From assembly GCA_965153285.1 (NCBI GenBank), contig OZ229111.1: a stretch of 64,000 bases of DNA; one strand, written 5' to 3'. Positions within the stretch are counted from its first letter, which is position 1. Each line of letters begins with the position of its first letter. Shown one piece after another: positions 47,701 through 59,981 of the stretch. Source of the DNA: Podarcis tiliguerta (Eukaryota). The notes beneath the pieces were generated by a model that ran no database searches, had not been told where the DNA came from, and saw only the letters and a program-made list of their open reading frames with translations. The position numbers and the translations under genes are program-made.

Positions 47701-50700
47701 CATTTTAAGAAATGCCTTTAAAATTATTATTGTTATTGTTATTATTACTCACAACCACTATTAACATGAATTTTTAAGTAAGGAGAAATTTCGAAGTGTG
47801 TGCCCAATTCAACAGCAGTGATCTGAGTGAGGCCAACTAGTGAATTGCTGAGGCAAAGTCTTCCCAGTGCATAGCTTACATCCTTAGATCTGAAACTCTC
47901 CATTGCCGCTGGAGCTCTACTCTGCCTTTTATCTGTGACAGACTTCGGGAAACAGAAGCAAGAAAGCCAATGAAAGCTGTCAGAGTGCCCTGTGGGCACT
48001 AAAGCTGAATACAGTGCTGCCCCGCAAGGCGAAAGAGTTTTCCGTTTTCTGAGTTGCTTCACAAGACGGATTTCCCTATGGGCTTGCTTCGCAAGACGAA
48101 ATGTCTTGCGCCTTTTTTTTTTTAACCGCCAATGCATTCCTATGGGAAACCGTCAATACACATTGGTGCTTCGCAAGACGAAAAAACTCGTAGAACGAAA
48201 AGACTCGCAGAACGAATTAATTTCGTCTTACGGGGCACCACTGTACTAGGAGAATGAATCCCCCATGGTTTCCAAGTATTAACATTATCACTTGAGGGGT
48301 GCAAATGATTTTTTTTTGGGGGGAAGCACTTTGGTACTAACTCAGCCCAATACAATAGTTAAGAACAAGAAAGGAACTATGATTTGCAGGTATCTAGTGT
48401 TACATGTGAACTGGATCAAAGACAGATACACACCTTCAATTTCTAATTGATTAATAAAGCCAATAAATAAATAAATGACAACAAAAACAACAACATACTA
48501 TTTCTGCTTCAGCTGATTAGTACTATTTTCAAGAAGTATTCAAATCTGAGGGACAAAGATGAGTAATATTTGCCGCCCATCTACTTGTCACTCTGTGCTT
48601 CAGATGCATCTGTGTGTCAAGGGACTAATTTTCTTTATGCCGATTTCCACAAACAAACAAATCCCATATACAGTAATTGCATCCTCACACATAGTAAACT
48701 TTGCAAGCAGTCAGACTATGGCTTTGACAGCCACACTATTTTTACTAAGATTTCACATACAAATATAAACCCAAGAAACACTTTTCTAGTCATACCGCAT
48801 ATATTGGCCAGAATATGTAGTGGAATCTAGAAGAAATCCCATGGTTAAAGCCTCACTTCGCTGTGTACAGACAAGTGGCTACATTAATTCCTAAAAAGTG
48901 CATAGCTGTGTTTGTGATATTGCCTCCCCATGCTATCTTAGCAGAATAGAAAGATATTCAAGCCTAAGATGACTACAGATGGATAGATGAAAGAAGGCAG
49001 AAAGAGAAAAGAAGCTAAAAGGCAGAGAGTCAGGTCACTAAAACCTAGGCAGATTGCATGATTCTCAGATTATCATATCAAGACTCCTATACAGCTGGCT
49101 ACTTTTAAGAAAGAACTTTTACCGCTAATTTTGTTTTTCTGAAAACTTATAGCTCTGAACACAAACTAATAAGGGTTTGTTTTTGAAGGATACAGTCCTC
49201 TCAAAACAAGAAAGGAGAGGCTTTGAAAAGCGTGCTATTTGCATATTTGAAAGCTATTGAAGAACTACCGTATTTTTCGCCCTATAGGATGCACTTTTCC
49301 CCCTCCAAAAATGAAGGGGAAATGTGTGTGCGTCCTATGGGGCGAATGCAGGCTTTCGCTGAAGCCTGGGGAGCGAGAGGGGTCGGTGCGCACCGACCCC
49401 TCTCGCTCTCCAGGCTTCACGCACCTCTCCGCAAGCAGCAGGAGCCCAGCGCTGGGCTCCTGCCGCTTGCGGAGAGTTGCCTGCATGCTGAAGCCTGCGC
49501 GCGCTGAGCTCAGCGCGTCCAGGCTTCGCGCACCTCTCCGCAAGCAGTGGGAGCCCGGCGCTGGGCTCCTGCAGCTTGCGGAGAGTTGCCTGCATGCTGA
49601 AGCTCAGCGCGTCCAGGCTTCGTGCACCTCTCTGCAAGCAGCGGGAGCCCGGCGCTGGGCTCCCATGGCTTGCAGAGAGCTGCCTGTTCTGGGGGCTGGG
49701 GTCGGGGGAAGCTCGGGCCCCGTGCCTGGGGAAAAAATATTTTTTTCCCCTTTATTTCCCCCACAAAAAAACTAGGTGCGCCTTATGGGACGGTACGTCC
49801 TATAGGGTGAAAAATACGGTAACTGAAAAATTGCAATGTTCACCATGCAAGAGAATCAGGTTAGTCAGTTACACCAGAAAAAGCCAAGCATTTTTGTCTC
49901 TCTCAGTCACCATTCTGCTTTCATCCATTCAGTTGTCTAGTGAAGTCACCAAACCTACATCTTCCTCCTCAAGACATTGTTTCTGCCACACACTGAAATG
50001 ACATGCAGACAAACTTGTTCAACTGTTAACAAGCATATTGCCTCCCTGCTTTTGATTGCATAAAAAGCCCTAGATACAGTAAGCAACAAGACTTAGGGAA
50101 TCTATTATACCAGCTTTGGAACAGCAGCATTGGCTACAGGCCCTATCCAAGCACAATTCAAAGTAGACATCCCCAGAGACCATCCTCTTGAGCATGAGCT
50201 ATTCAGAAATGCCTCAGCGACCCGACTCCATGTTCCCTGCCAAGTGAAGTAAGGAAAGTGGTAACCTGAGACACTCAAACCTTGTTACGGAGGTCCCTTC
50301 CAAAGAGGTTTGCTTGGTGCTGCCTTTTTATTTTTGGCACCAAGTGCATACTTTAAGAAGGTCTGGGCAAGGGACATTGTAAGAAACCTTTCATATATTT
50401 TGTTCTGATTTACTGGTTTTACTGCTCAAGTGACTGCTATTTTTATTGATCTAGGTTTGTATTGGTTTCATGTAAAGCTACATGTAAGGGATGCGGGTGG
50501 CGCTGTGGTCTAAACCACTGAGCCTCTTGGGCTTGCCAATCAGAAGGCTGGCAGTTCAAATCCGCACAACGGGGTGAGCTCCTGTTGCTCTGTCCCAGCT
50601 CGTGCCTACCTAGCAGTTTGAAAGCACACCAGTGCAAGTAGATAAATAGGTACCGCTGTGGCAGGAAGGTAAATGGCGTTTCCGTGCACTCTGGCTTCCA

Positions 50701-53700
50701 TCATGGTGTTCCGTTGTGCCAGAAGCGGTTTTAGTCATGCTGGCCACATGACCCAGAAAGCTGTCTGTGGACAAACGCCCGCTCCCACAGCCTGAAAGCG
50801 AGATGAGCGCTACAACCCCAGTTGCCTTTGACTGGACTTAACCATCCAGGGGTCCTTTACCTTTTACCTTTTTACCATGTAAGTTACTCTAGGAGTAAAA
50901 CAAACAAACAATAGGAGGGACATATTAGTTCTTCCTTTAAGTATTATTTCTTCCACGCCATTAAGACGGCATAGAGAGAGGGTAGGGATGTGCATGCTGA
51001 GCCTGCTCATCTATGCTCCACCCCCCCATCCATGCAATGGGGAGCTTGTCTGTATAGGGGAAACCTACTGAACATATGCTGGCTCTATTCGTGATTGGGA
51101 ACCCTGCACTCACACCCACTCTCTCTATGAGACCTTAAATAGAGGAAATAGTGGGCTACTTGCTATTGTAAAGGGTAAGCCCCTAGAACAGTACAATGTA
51201 ACCCAAATAAATGAAATTAATTACTGAATGCAAGCGTCTTAGTTCATAAAAGTGATCAATTTTCTTGGGAAAGGGTTGAATAGATGTGTGTATTGAAAAC
51301 TCACACTCCCTCTCCCCCACAGCTTTGGTGCTGCTGGAGTTCGACTTCTGGGAGGTGCTTATTCCTAGATCTTAACAACTGAAGCCACCACAAAGCAGAA
51401 CATGGAAGCAGTTGCAGGGAAGGTCTGATACAGAAGAGCGGCTATGTGAAGCCAGAAGCAGGAATGTCAGTGTGCAGATGCAGCAGTAAGTGTTTAGGGT
51501 GTTTGGACTCAAATATACCCCCAAAGTAACTTCTTTGGTTATCACATATTAATGCCATCCTGTATTTCAAACCCTCAAGCAATTCAATTTGAGAAGCAGT
51601 TATGTTCAGCGCTGCCTGCCCACTATCATCAGCACGTCTGTGAACTCTGCCATTTTATGCAAGACAGAAATATCTCCTTGGATGCTAAGAAAAAGCCTGC
51701 TTTTGTTTCCAATTATTACAAACAAGCATATCTCAAGCAGCTTTCATGGAAGATGATCTTGTTCCTATGACTCATGGCAAAAAAGTAATTTGTACTCCAA
51801 ATGGAACAACAGTGATTTAGAACAATTTAGATTTCTAAAATTGCCATCAAGCTATTTATGAGGTAATGCCTAGTGTCAACAAATGCTTGAAAGTAGATTA
51901 ATACCCTAATCACAGACCACCTTCACCCCTGCCATCTATAAAACTCAACGCCAACTTCTTGCTTCTGGAATGGATTTGATCTTGTCAGTTTTTGGGATCC
52001 ACAGCACATCTGTTACTTCCTTTCAGTGCACTGCCCAATTTACTAATTTGTACTCCATCTCTGGGGCTTACATTCATGCTGAAATCCATTATTTACAAGC
52101 CCCACACCCAGTATCCTGGATACTACCGCTATAATTTAATATTTCCCCTCAGAATAATTTTTTAATTCCTGAAGATTTTCAGAAGATTTTTGTCTCGACT
52201 GCAGATGCCTCACCCTGACTGGATTTAGCTGAAAAACGGATGTAGTGAGGTGGCCAAGTTTGCTGATGATACTCAATTGTTCAGTCATTAAAAGAAAAGG
52301 ACCTCGCCAAACTGAGTGAATGCGCAGTAAAATGGAAAATGTACGGAAAGCCTACTTAAGTATGTTTTATAATTTCCAGGAAATGTTTGGGTTTTGATTT
52401 GATTGACCTACAGATCATGGGTAGGCAAACTAAGGCCCGGGGGGCCGGATCCGGCCCAATCACCTTCTAGATCCAGCCCGCGGACGGTCCAGGAATCAGC
52501 GTGTTTTTACATGAATAGAATGTGTGCTTTTATTTAAAATGCATCTCTGGGTTATTTGTGGGGCCTGCCTGGTGTTTTTACATGAGTAGAATGTGTGCTT
52601 TTATTTAAAATGCATCTCTGGGTTATTTGTGGGACATAGGAATTCGTTCATTTTTTTCCTCCAAAATATAGTCCAGCCCACCACATGGTCTGAGAGATGG
52701 TGGACCAGCCCACAGCTGAAAAAGGTTGCTGACCCCTGCTCTAAGCAAAGGGTCAAGCTATGTCTCCATCTTCCCCCAAACAATGGAGGCAACTGAAACA
52801 AGCAATGTTCAGTTGAAAATTTGACCATCTGAACAAGCTTGAATGCTGAAGCCATGTTGGTTTTGACTTCTCAGCATAACAAGGAATAGTCAGTGAATGA
52901 AAAGCAGATTGGAAACTTTGCAAGAACTCATGAAGATTGTTTCAATTCTAAATTTAGGAGCAAAAGAACTCCCTTGCTGGGTAAGATCAAAAGTCTACAT
53001 GGCCCAGCACTCTTTCTAACACTGGCTAACCAAATGCTCAAGATACTCACTCCAAGGGCATGATGCAATTAACCATCCACCATTTGTCCAAGCATCTGGC
53101 AATCAGATAAACTACTTTTGAATATGGAAGCTCTAATATTGATTGGGAAATCTATTCTCCATGTGTTTATATATTCCCTTTTTAAAATTAAAATAAACCT
53201 AAACCAGAAGCCACAACTACATTTTGTAGCGATCAATTCATTATTATACTTTGAATTAGAATTCCCTTGCATCTGTTCAAGACCTAAATGCAACATACTT
53301 CAAGCCATCTGGGACCTATTAGTCACAGCTGTATTTTATTGATCATGAATTTTAAGAGAGTCAGATTCAAAGGTCAGAAATTTAAGAAGAAAAGATGCGC
53401 TATGATTGTTATCCTGGAAAATAAGGACAAAAGCTGCATAAAACCAAATGCTGACCTCGAGAAAGCTATTTTTGATATGCAGTGAACATTCTGCAGTATG
53501 CCTTCTTCTGGGACCACCCAGGAACACCAGTCAAGCATCTGAACCTCTAGACGTCCAATGTAACCACTAGAGGGAACTACGAGGCTCACTCAAGAATACT
53601 AACTAAGTAGTACTGACAACTAGGTGTGTTACGATAAAATGAAAAAAAAGTAAGGAACATGCCTGGTTATAGTATAACAGTGGAACTGCATCCCAGATGC

Positions 53701-56700
53701 TAAATCGAAGGCACATTTTTTAATTTCTTGTTTCAAAACATTCAGTATATTCATCTGGAGAAAATGGAAACACTGAATAATCAGTGGGCAATTAGAATAT
53801 TTCCACTATGCATACCAGACATTTAACCATACCCCGGCAAGATCCATTTTAAAGATGTGGAAATGACCCGTATTTGAAGTGGCATTTGTCTTTGGTGTCT
53901 GTAATAAACAACCTCTCTATGAGATCACATTGTTCAAAACTCAGCAAAGTTCTGAACAGCTGCTCCATCTAATACCATTCTGCCACTCCCACTGTAACGC
54001 CTTCCATTTCCAGATGTGCCCATATTTATTATAAAGGAACTATTCAGAGGACAACTCATTTCCTCTCTCATATGACAAGAGGGCATGCCAGTAATTTCAC
54101 TGGGTGGTCAGTGCAAAACATTGACTGTCCGATGAAATGCTGCCGGTCTGAAAACATTTCATTTAATCTAGAGTCTAGCAGGGTGCTCAAACAAGGGACC
54201 TGTTGCCTGAATCCTGCTCTCCGTTTTGTTGCTCACAGTCCAGAATGCCAAATTTTGAAAGAGGGCACTTCTCCACACATGACCTTTTTGCAAGCAAAAG
54301 GCCAAAGGAAAAAGAATCTATGATACAACATTTGCACCAGATGCTAAGCGCATATTGATGCTTTGGACTCCCAACTAATCACCACTTGCTGCTATTTCCC
54401 CAGCCAGCAGATATCCTGATGGCTGAATTGGCAGGAGGATTAAAACTTCTGCTAGTGACCTTCATCCAAGCCACGCAGACCATGTATACAATTACTTACT
54501 GGTTATCTTCTCCTTCTTTAAAATTCAATGCTAGAGGACACTATTCAGGAGGGGCAACGTCGAGAGACAAGGAACTGTCAGTGTGAAACGTTTGTTTGTA
54601 ATTAGACTGAGTCATATCTTCCAAGTGTGGAACCCACTGTTGGAATCTAAAAGGCCAAAATCCGTCACAATGGGAGGCATACATGACTGCACCAGTGAAA
54701 AACTGGACAAGATCTTCTTTGAGTCTCTTAGCACACGCCTCTGTGACAATCCCTTTATATCCTGGGAGTCCACAGGTGTTACTGCAACTATGTACGGCAA
54801 ACAGCATTAGGTTCCCACAGACCCAGGCATGCACAATTCTCAACCCATTAGTTAGCAGGCAGCCTGCCAAGTGCTCCCACTGCATTAGCTTGAAGCTTTC
54901 ACGGAAAGTGCTCTTTGCACCACATTGACCCTAATCTTGAGTTCATGTTCAGTTAGAAATCCATGTGTTAATCTTCTTAACAGAAGGCCAGGAGAGAAAA
55001 ATGCAGCATAGATGGCAACTCCTTGCTACATCCAAATGCCTCAGAAGAATGTCTCTCACAGTGCAGCTATTGCATTAATAGGGACAGAGCCCTGCCCATG
55101 TGACCCCACTCACAGCTGATAATGAGCCTGTTTGGTTTCAGGCTCAGATCCTGTTTGTGGGACGAAATCTCCTTAATATCCAATAAGAATAAACCTGTTA
55201 AATAAACCTGTTAAATAAAAGCCTCTCCAGCAGATGGTGATAGTTATTGGACTTGTGAAAAGAAGTCTCCAGACCGCACAAGCAAAGCAGCTTTGCATAG
55301 CTTTATTGCCAACTAGTCCGTCAGTCACAGAAAACACCATTTAAATGGAGTCAACAATTAACCAAAGATTAAATGGATTTGGTTTTGCTCTTGACAATTC
55401 ACTGACATAGCACCATCTGTGCATCAGTTATGTGTATGTACAGCACTGCAGAGAGGTTGAAAGGAAGGAGATTCCATCTCCAAAGGAAATACTTTCCCGT
55501 ACTTCCATTTTGTTGGAGGTCACAGAACCTAACTATTGTAGCTTCCAAGGCAGATCCAGATTGGTCCTTCATTCGATTGCTACAGAAACACCTGCTGCCA
55601 AATGTTTATCTATTCCTGAGCATGGTTTTTTTGGGAGGGGGATTCCATTTAAGAGTGTTCAACGAAAGTGATCACCACCAACATACCCAATAATTGTCTC
55701 TTCTGTTTAGTGGGAACCTACTTTGCTCTGCAGAATATTTGTTGAGATTTTACTCAGCAGTGTGACCAGAGAAAAAGGTAGAGTAATTATTTGCTAATTA
55801 TTGTTGGTCCCTTAAGTATTACACTGCACCCTTTTGGCAAGAAGACTAACACAGTTCTTAAAGCTCATGTAGGGTAAGAAACTATTTTAAAATGGCATTG
55901 TGACCTTGATGGCAAAACAATACAGGCTTGAAAACAGACATTTATCTGACCTGCAGTTAGTAAGAGTCTCCTCCAGGTGACAAAGGAGAGAAGCTTTTGT
56001 AAAGCAAAGAGAAGTGCTGATTATTTTCTCTTCCTTTCATACCTCTGGTATTGTATTCTGGTAGCATACAATTAATACCACATGGATGGGGCAAAGAGGC
56101 TACAAGAAATTGTTATGGGCAAGTAATTTCTGTATATTTGCTTAAAGATCTAAGGTAACAAATCCAATTTGAAGGTTCACATGTCTAAAAAACAAACACT
56201 GAAAATACTATCCCAGAAAAGTGTGGAGAGCTCAACATGTCAGAACTTCCCAAAAGGTTTAGATGTCATAAGACTGTGGGGATTAAGTATATTCATGCAT
56301 TCAAAGTGTTCGGCACTAAAGAGCTAATCTACCATATTTTTCATTCTATAAGACGCACTTTTCCCCTCGTAAAAAGTAAGGGGAAATGTGTGTGCATCTT
56401 ATGGGGCGAATGCAGGCGGGAGGTCTGCTCAGTGCTCCCTTTAAAGAGCCCCGTGGAGCGTGTGTGCAGCTCTTGGGGGCTTTTCCCCGAGGAGGGAAAA
56501 GCCCCCAAGAGCCGCACACATGCTCCGCGCGCTCTTTAAAGGGAGGGCGGCTCTTGGGGGAGCCTTCCTCCCGCTGCCCAGGAGAGACTGTGCGCAGCTA
56601 TCCCAGAAGCCAGATCCCTCTTGCTGTTCTGGCTTCTGGGGTTCAGAATATATTTTTTTCTTGTTTTCCTCCTCCAAAAACTAGGTGCGTCTTATAGAGA

Positions 56701-59700
56701 GAAAAATACGGTAGGTGAGGCACATATCAGGTCACGGATATCAGAAATAAGACTGCAAAATTAGGCATAAACTTGGGCATGGGGCTGATTAACCAAAAAT
56801 GGAAATAGTTTGGGAGGTTTTTTACCCCCTGATTTTAAGTGAAAAGCAGTCTTTTGTAAAATAGAAGAGCAGATTATGCTGATTACTAATTCCATTACTG
56901 AGTAAATTTCAATGGCCTGTATTATACAGATTACAGGCCATAACTTATTAGTCCTCCTGGTTTTTAAATCCTATGGATGCTGCATAAAGCAAGGTGAATA
57001 AAATAATTCCGCACGTTTCCAAGCATAGGTTGGCCGTTTAGCACAGTCAGCATAGCAAGTTTGGGCAGGATATGATTTCTTCTTTTGAGAAGATGTCAGG
57101 CTGCCTTTATCCTGCCCTGAAATTCAGCCTGTAGTTCTGTGGGTCTTGTGAATCCTCTGAGGTTGTCCAAGCTTAACACACCTCTGGCATTGCCTAAAAT
57201 AAGTTGCATCTCAAGATCTCTGAGCATCTTAGTGATTAAAACTAAATATCCTAAAAGGGAAGCAGGACTACAACTGCTCTTACAGTTTGGGAACTACTTA
57301 ACAGATTACAAGCAGATTCTTGCCCCTTACTTTCAGTTATCAGTACCTATCACTTTCTCTTGACCTTCAAGCTCTGTAAGGCAACACCCATCTGGCTTTC
57401 TATGAATGTACCATGTCAACAATGTTGCTAGCAAAGCACTAGTTTCAGCACAGGATAGCAAAGCAGTTCTTGCACAAAAACTTGCACAAAAACTGAGAAT
57501 GAAGCCTCAGTAACTAAGCTACACGTCTTTCAAGATATAAAAGAATGAGCATGGGTATGAATGATATCTCTTTTTGCCAGCCCATGTTGAGGCCTGGCAA
57601 CCAGACAGTTGACTACATGCCAATAACCTTTTTTAAAGCACAGGGCACAAAAAAAGTTATGATCACCTCTGAATTATCTCTGAGAGGTTCCAGCAAGGGA
57701 GACTCTACATCTTTGACTAACCCTTTAACTAACACTTTCTGCATACTCTCCACAATCCCAGTGCAGTCAATTACTCATATATGCCTTGTTTCCTTCCTCC
57801 ACCCAAAGACAGAGGCTCTTTCAACCCAAAGACAAGCAAGTGACAAGATGGTCCAAACCTCCCTTTGGGGGAATGCTTTTGGGCAATAAACGGTTGTTCC
57901 CTTTCTGGGACAAATTGCTGTAGTCGTTTTTTCCTGTGCTGTTTTGTGTGGCTCTTTCACTGCTTTTATTGCATTTATATGTTGTTGTTTTTAATAGAAA
58001 TAAAAAAGTGGTTCCTTAACTAAAAACAAGGAAGAAGGGGTAGGAAGGAGTGCAAAGTCAGCAAGTACTTCCTGATTATTTACAGGCCTTGTATCCCATA
58101 AATGATTCTAGCTACTTTCTAATACAGCCTCAACTTTTTGGCTGAAAAGCTTTTGGTCAGGCTGGCTGACTAGTGGCAGAATTTATGTCTTCGGGCACTG
58201 CAACACTTTCCCCCAGAACAGCAAGTTTCACATCATTACCACAGCTACCTCTCCAATTGGAGAAATGATACATTATTTGTCTGTAACATTTGAATTGTGA
58301 CAGGCCATGCAAGCCCTGGACTCAGTGGTGGGCTAGGTGAGGGTCAATAAACTGACTCTTTCAAGATGGAGGCCCTGTGTGAGAGCAGTTCCAAGTCTGG
58401 ATAACTGATTAATTGCTTGCTTTGAATGGGGCTATACAGAAGGAGCAGGTTTATAGTCTGGATGTCTCTCTATTGCTAGAGGCCCAGGTGACCTGGATGG
58501 TTAACAGAGCCTTTTATCAGGTTTGACTGATAGATAGACTGACTTAGAAGCTGCAGCTGGTGCAGAATGGCTTGACTGCTCACCAGGGCAGAATATTATG
58601 CCGGTGCTGAAAGAATTAAACAGCCTGCCAGTTATCTACTAGGCTAAGTTCAAGCTGCTGGTATGGGTGTACAAAGCCTCACATAGCATGCAAAGTTTTA
58701 GAAGTTTTTAAGCAGGGGTTGGATGTCCATCTATCATGTGTGAATTGGTTGAGATTCCTGCATGCCAGTTGTTTGGATTAGATGACCCTTGGAACCCCTT
58801 CCAACTCTACAATTCTATGATTCCTCTTTCAATAAGCCTTCTGAAATCTTTATCTCGGTTTTTGAATTGGTTTGATATATAGTGGTACCTGGTTTACAAC
58901 CACAATACGTTCTGTAGGTCCGGTTGTAAACCAAAACAGGTTGTAACCCAAGGCACGCTTTTGCCAATGGGGCCTCCCAAAAAAATTGGTTGTAATCCCC
59001 CCAAAATGGTTTGTAATCCAAAAAAAGGGACACGCATTTCCAGGTTTGACATGGTTGTAACCCAAAACGGTTGTAATCCAAAGTGGTTGCAAACCAAGGT
59101 ACCACTGTGTGTGCTGTTGCTTTTTAAACTGTCCTTATAAAAATAATTGTTTTAAAGTTGTTTTTGTGTGTGTGTGTTTTGCACATGTTTTTATTATATT
59201 GCAAATTGCCTTGGGGTGTCTCATGGAAAGCGATTCATAAATAAACAATAAGATTACATTTAAAAATAAAGTGTTAATAAAAAATATCAATATGCAATAA
59301 TGAAATAATTATAATACAACTAATAAATTAAAGCTGGGTCTGGCAGGCTCTGTAGCATCCTAAGGCCAGGAAAGTACATCATGGCTGCCTGTTCCTACCA
59401 AAGTCAGAAGAGGAATGCAAAAATTTTATGCCTAGGAAAGTGATTATGCTTGGAGCGTGTTTATGACAAGTTCTCTTCCCCTGGCATCAAGTTTCAAATT
59501 CCATGAAAAGTCAACCGAGATTTCAAAATAGGATCACGTTAGACAAATTAGTATAGTAGATACTTATCCTGATCTTAGTCTCTGTGACATTTGGATGTAA
59601 AAGTCAATTTCTAAGCACACCCATTGAGGAGAGAGAGAAGACAAAGACTAGTAAGATAGAAGTAAATACACAGCAGGCGGTATTACAGCCCCAAGTTCTC

Positions 59701-59981
59701 ACCTGGATAATTTCGCCATTAGAGGCTATTAGTTCTGTTGGGATGGTGACTCTGAAGGAACGACCCACTACAGCAGAGCTGTCAGGAATCCCCACCACCG
59801 CTGGCACATTCTCTCGGAGATCCGAAAGCACCGAATGCATGGAGGCCTCTAACTGGTTTTCCCAGTCCCGTACAACTTCTGAGGCCTCACTAGGCCAATG
59901 GCACTTAACTGTAGTAGTCACCATCAGCACTAGCAAAGTCCTCCCCAGTATTGGGGACAGCTGTATAAATCCAAGAGTCAT
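42411..59981 (-). CDS. DAG1: Dystroglycan precursor (alpha/beta), join(59981..59703,44798..42411), 888 aa
   Basis: Signal peptide plus [23 protein letters not shown], furin site RIRR, mucin region, G/SIVVEW autoproteolysis site, TM segment, RKKRKGK, terminal PPPYVPP*. Two coding exons as in other vertebrates. Confidence 0.99.
48012..48243. mobile_element. Tc1/mariner (Tigger-like) MITE
   Basis: TA-CAGTGCTGCCCCGCAAG...CTTACGGGGCACCACTG-TA; internal CTTCGCAAGACGAA repeats. Confidence 0.85.
49268..49819. mobile_element. Tc2-like non-autonomous DNA transposon with an internal palindromic tandem array
   Basis: TIRs CCGTATTTTTCGCCCTATAGGA...TCCTATAGGGTGAAAAATACGG, TA TSDs, CpG-rich interior. Confidence 0.88.
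50488..50875 (+). mobile_element. Sauria SINE, full length (different subfamily or older than the 9197 copy)
   Basis: Same head, body and ACCTTT tail; TSD CATGTAAG at 50481-50488 and 50876-50883. Confidence 0.92.
52416..52738. mobile_element. hAT (Charlie-like) non-autonomous element with an internal ~62-bp duplication
   Basis: CATGGGTAGGCAAAC..GGCCCGGGGGCCGGATCCGGCCC...GGTTGCTGACCCCTG; duplicated segment 52501-52562 / 52572-52633; TSD not recognisable. Confidence 0.75.
56332..56711. mobile_element. Tc2-like non-autonomous element related to the 49268 copy
   Basis: TA-CCATATTTTTCATTCTATAAGACGCAC...GTGCGTCTTATAGAGAGAAAAATACGG-TA; shares GGGGAAATGTGTGTG..TATGGGGCGAATGCAGGC with 49268. Confidence 0.85.
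58490..58680 (+). mobile_element. L2-type LINE RT 3' fragment
   Basis: ..CTGCAGCTGGTGCAGAAT..GCCGGTGCTGAAAGAATTA..CTGCCAGTT..TTCAAGCTGCTGG..TACAAAGCC (LQLVQN..PVLKEL..LPV..FKLL..YKA). Confidence 0.6.
58705..58822 (+). mobile_element. CR1 LINE 3' end
   Basis: GGATTAGATGACCCTTGGAACCCCTTCCAACTCTACAATTCTATGATTC. Confidence 0.75.
58880..59107. mobile_element. Tigger-like MITE related to the 27904 family
   Basis: AGTGGTACCTGGTTT...AAACCAAGGTACCACTG; internal GGTTGTAA repeats; shared AATGGGGCCTCC. Confidence 0.8.
59703..59981 (-). CDS. DAG1: DAG1 first coding exon (exon begins at 60103)
   Basis: Acceptor cttacag|60103, ATG at 59981 (MTLGFIQ...), donor CAG|gtgaga. Confidence 0.95.

Noticed and set aside
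49410-49680. Palindromic repeat array resembling CRISPR
   Set aside because: Eukaryotic intron, no unique spacers, no cas genes, bounded by TIRs.
49223-50001. Cluster of 60-170 aa ORFs on both strands
   Set aside because: Arise from GC-rich palindromic repeats inside a non-autonomous transposon.
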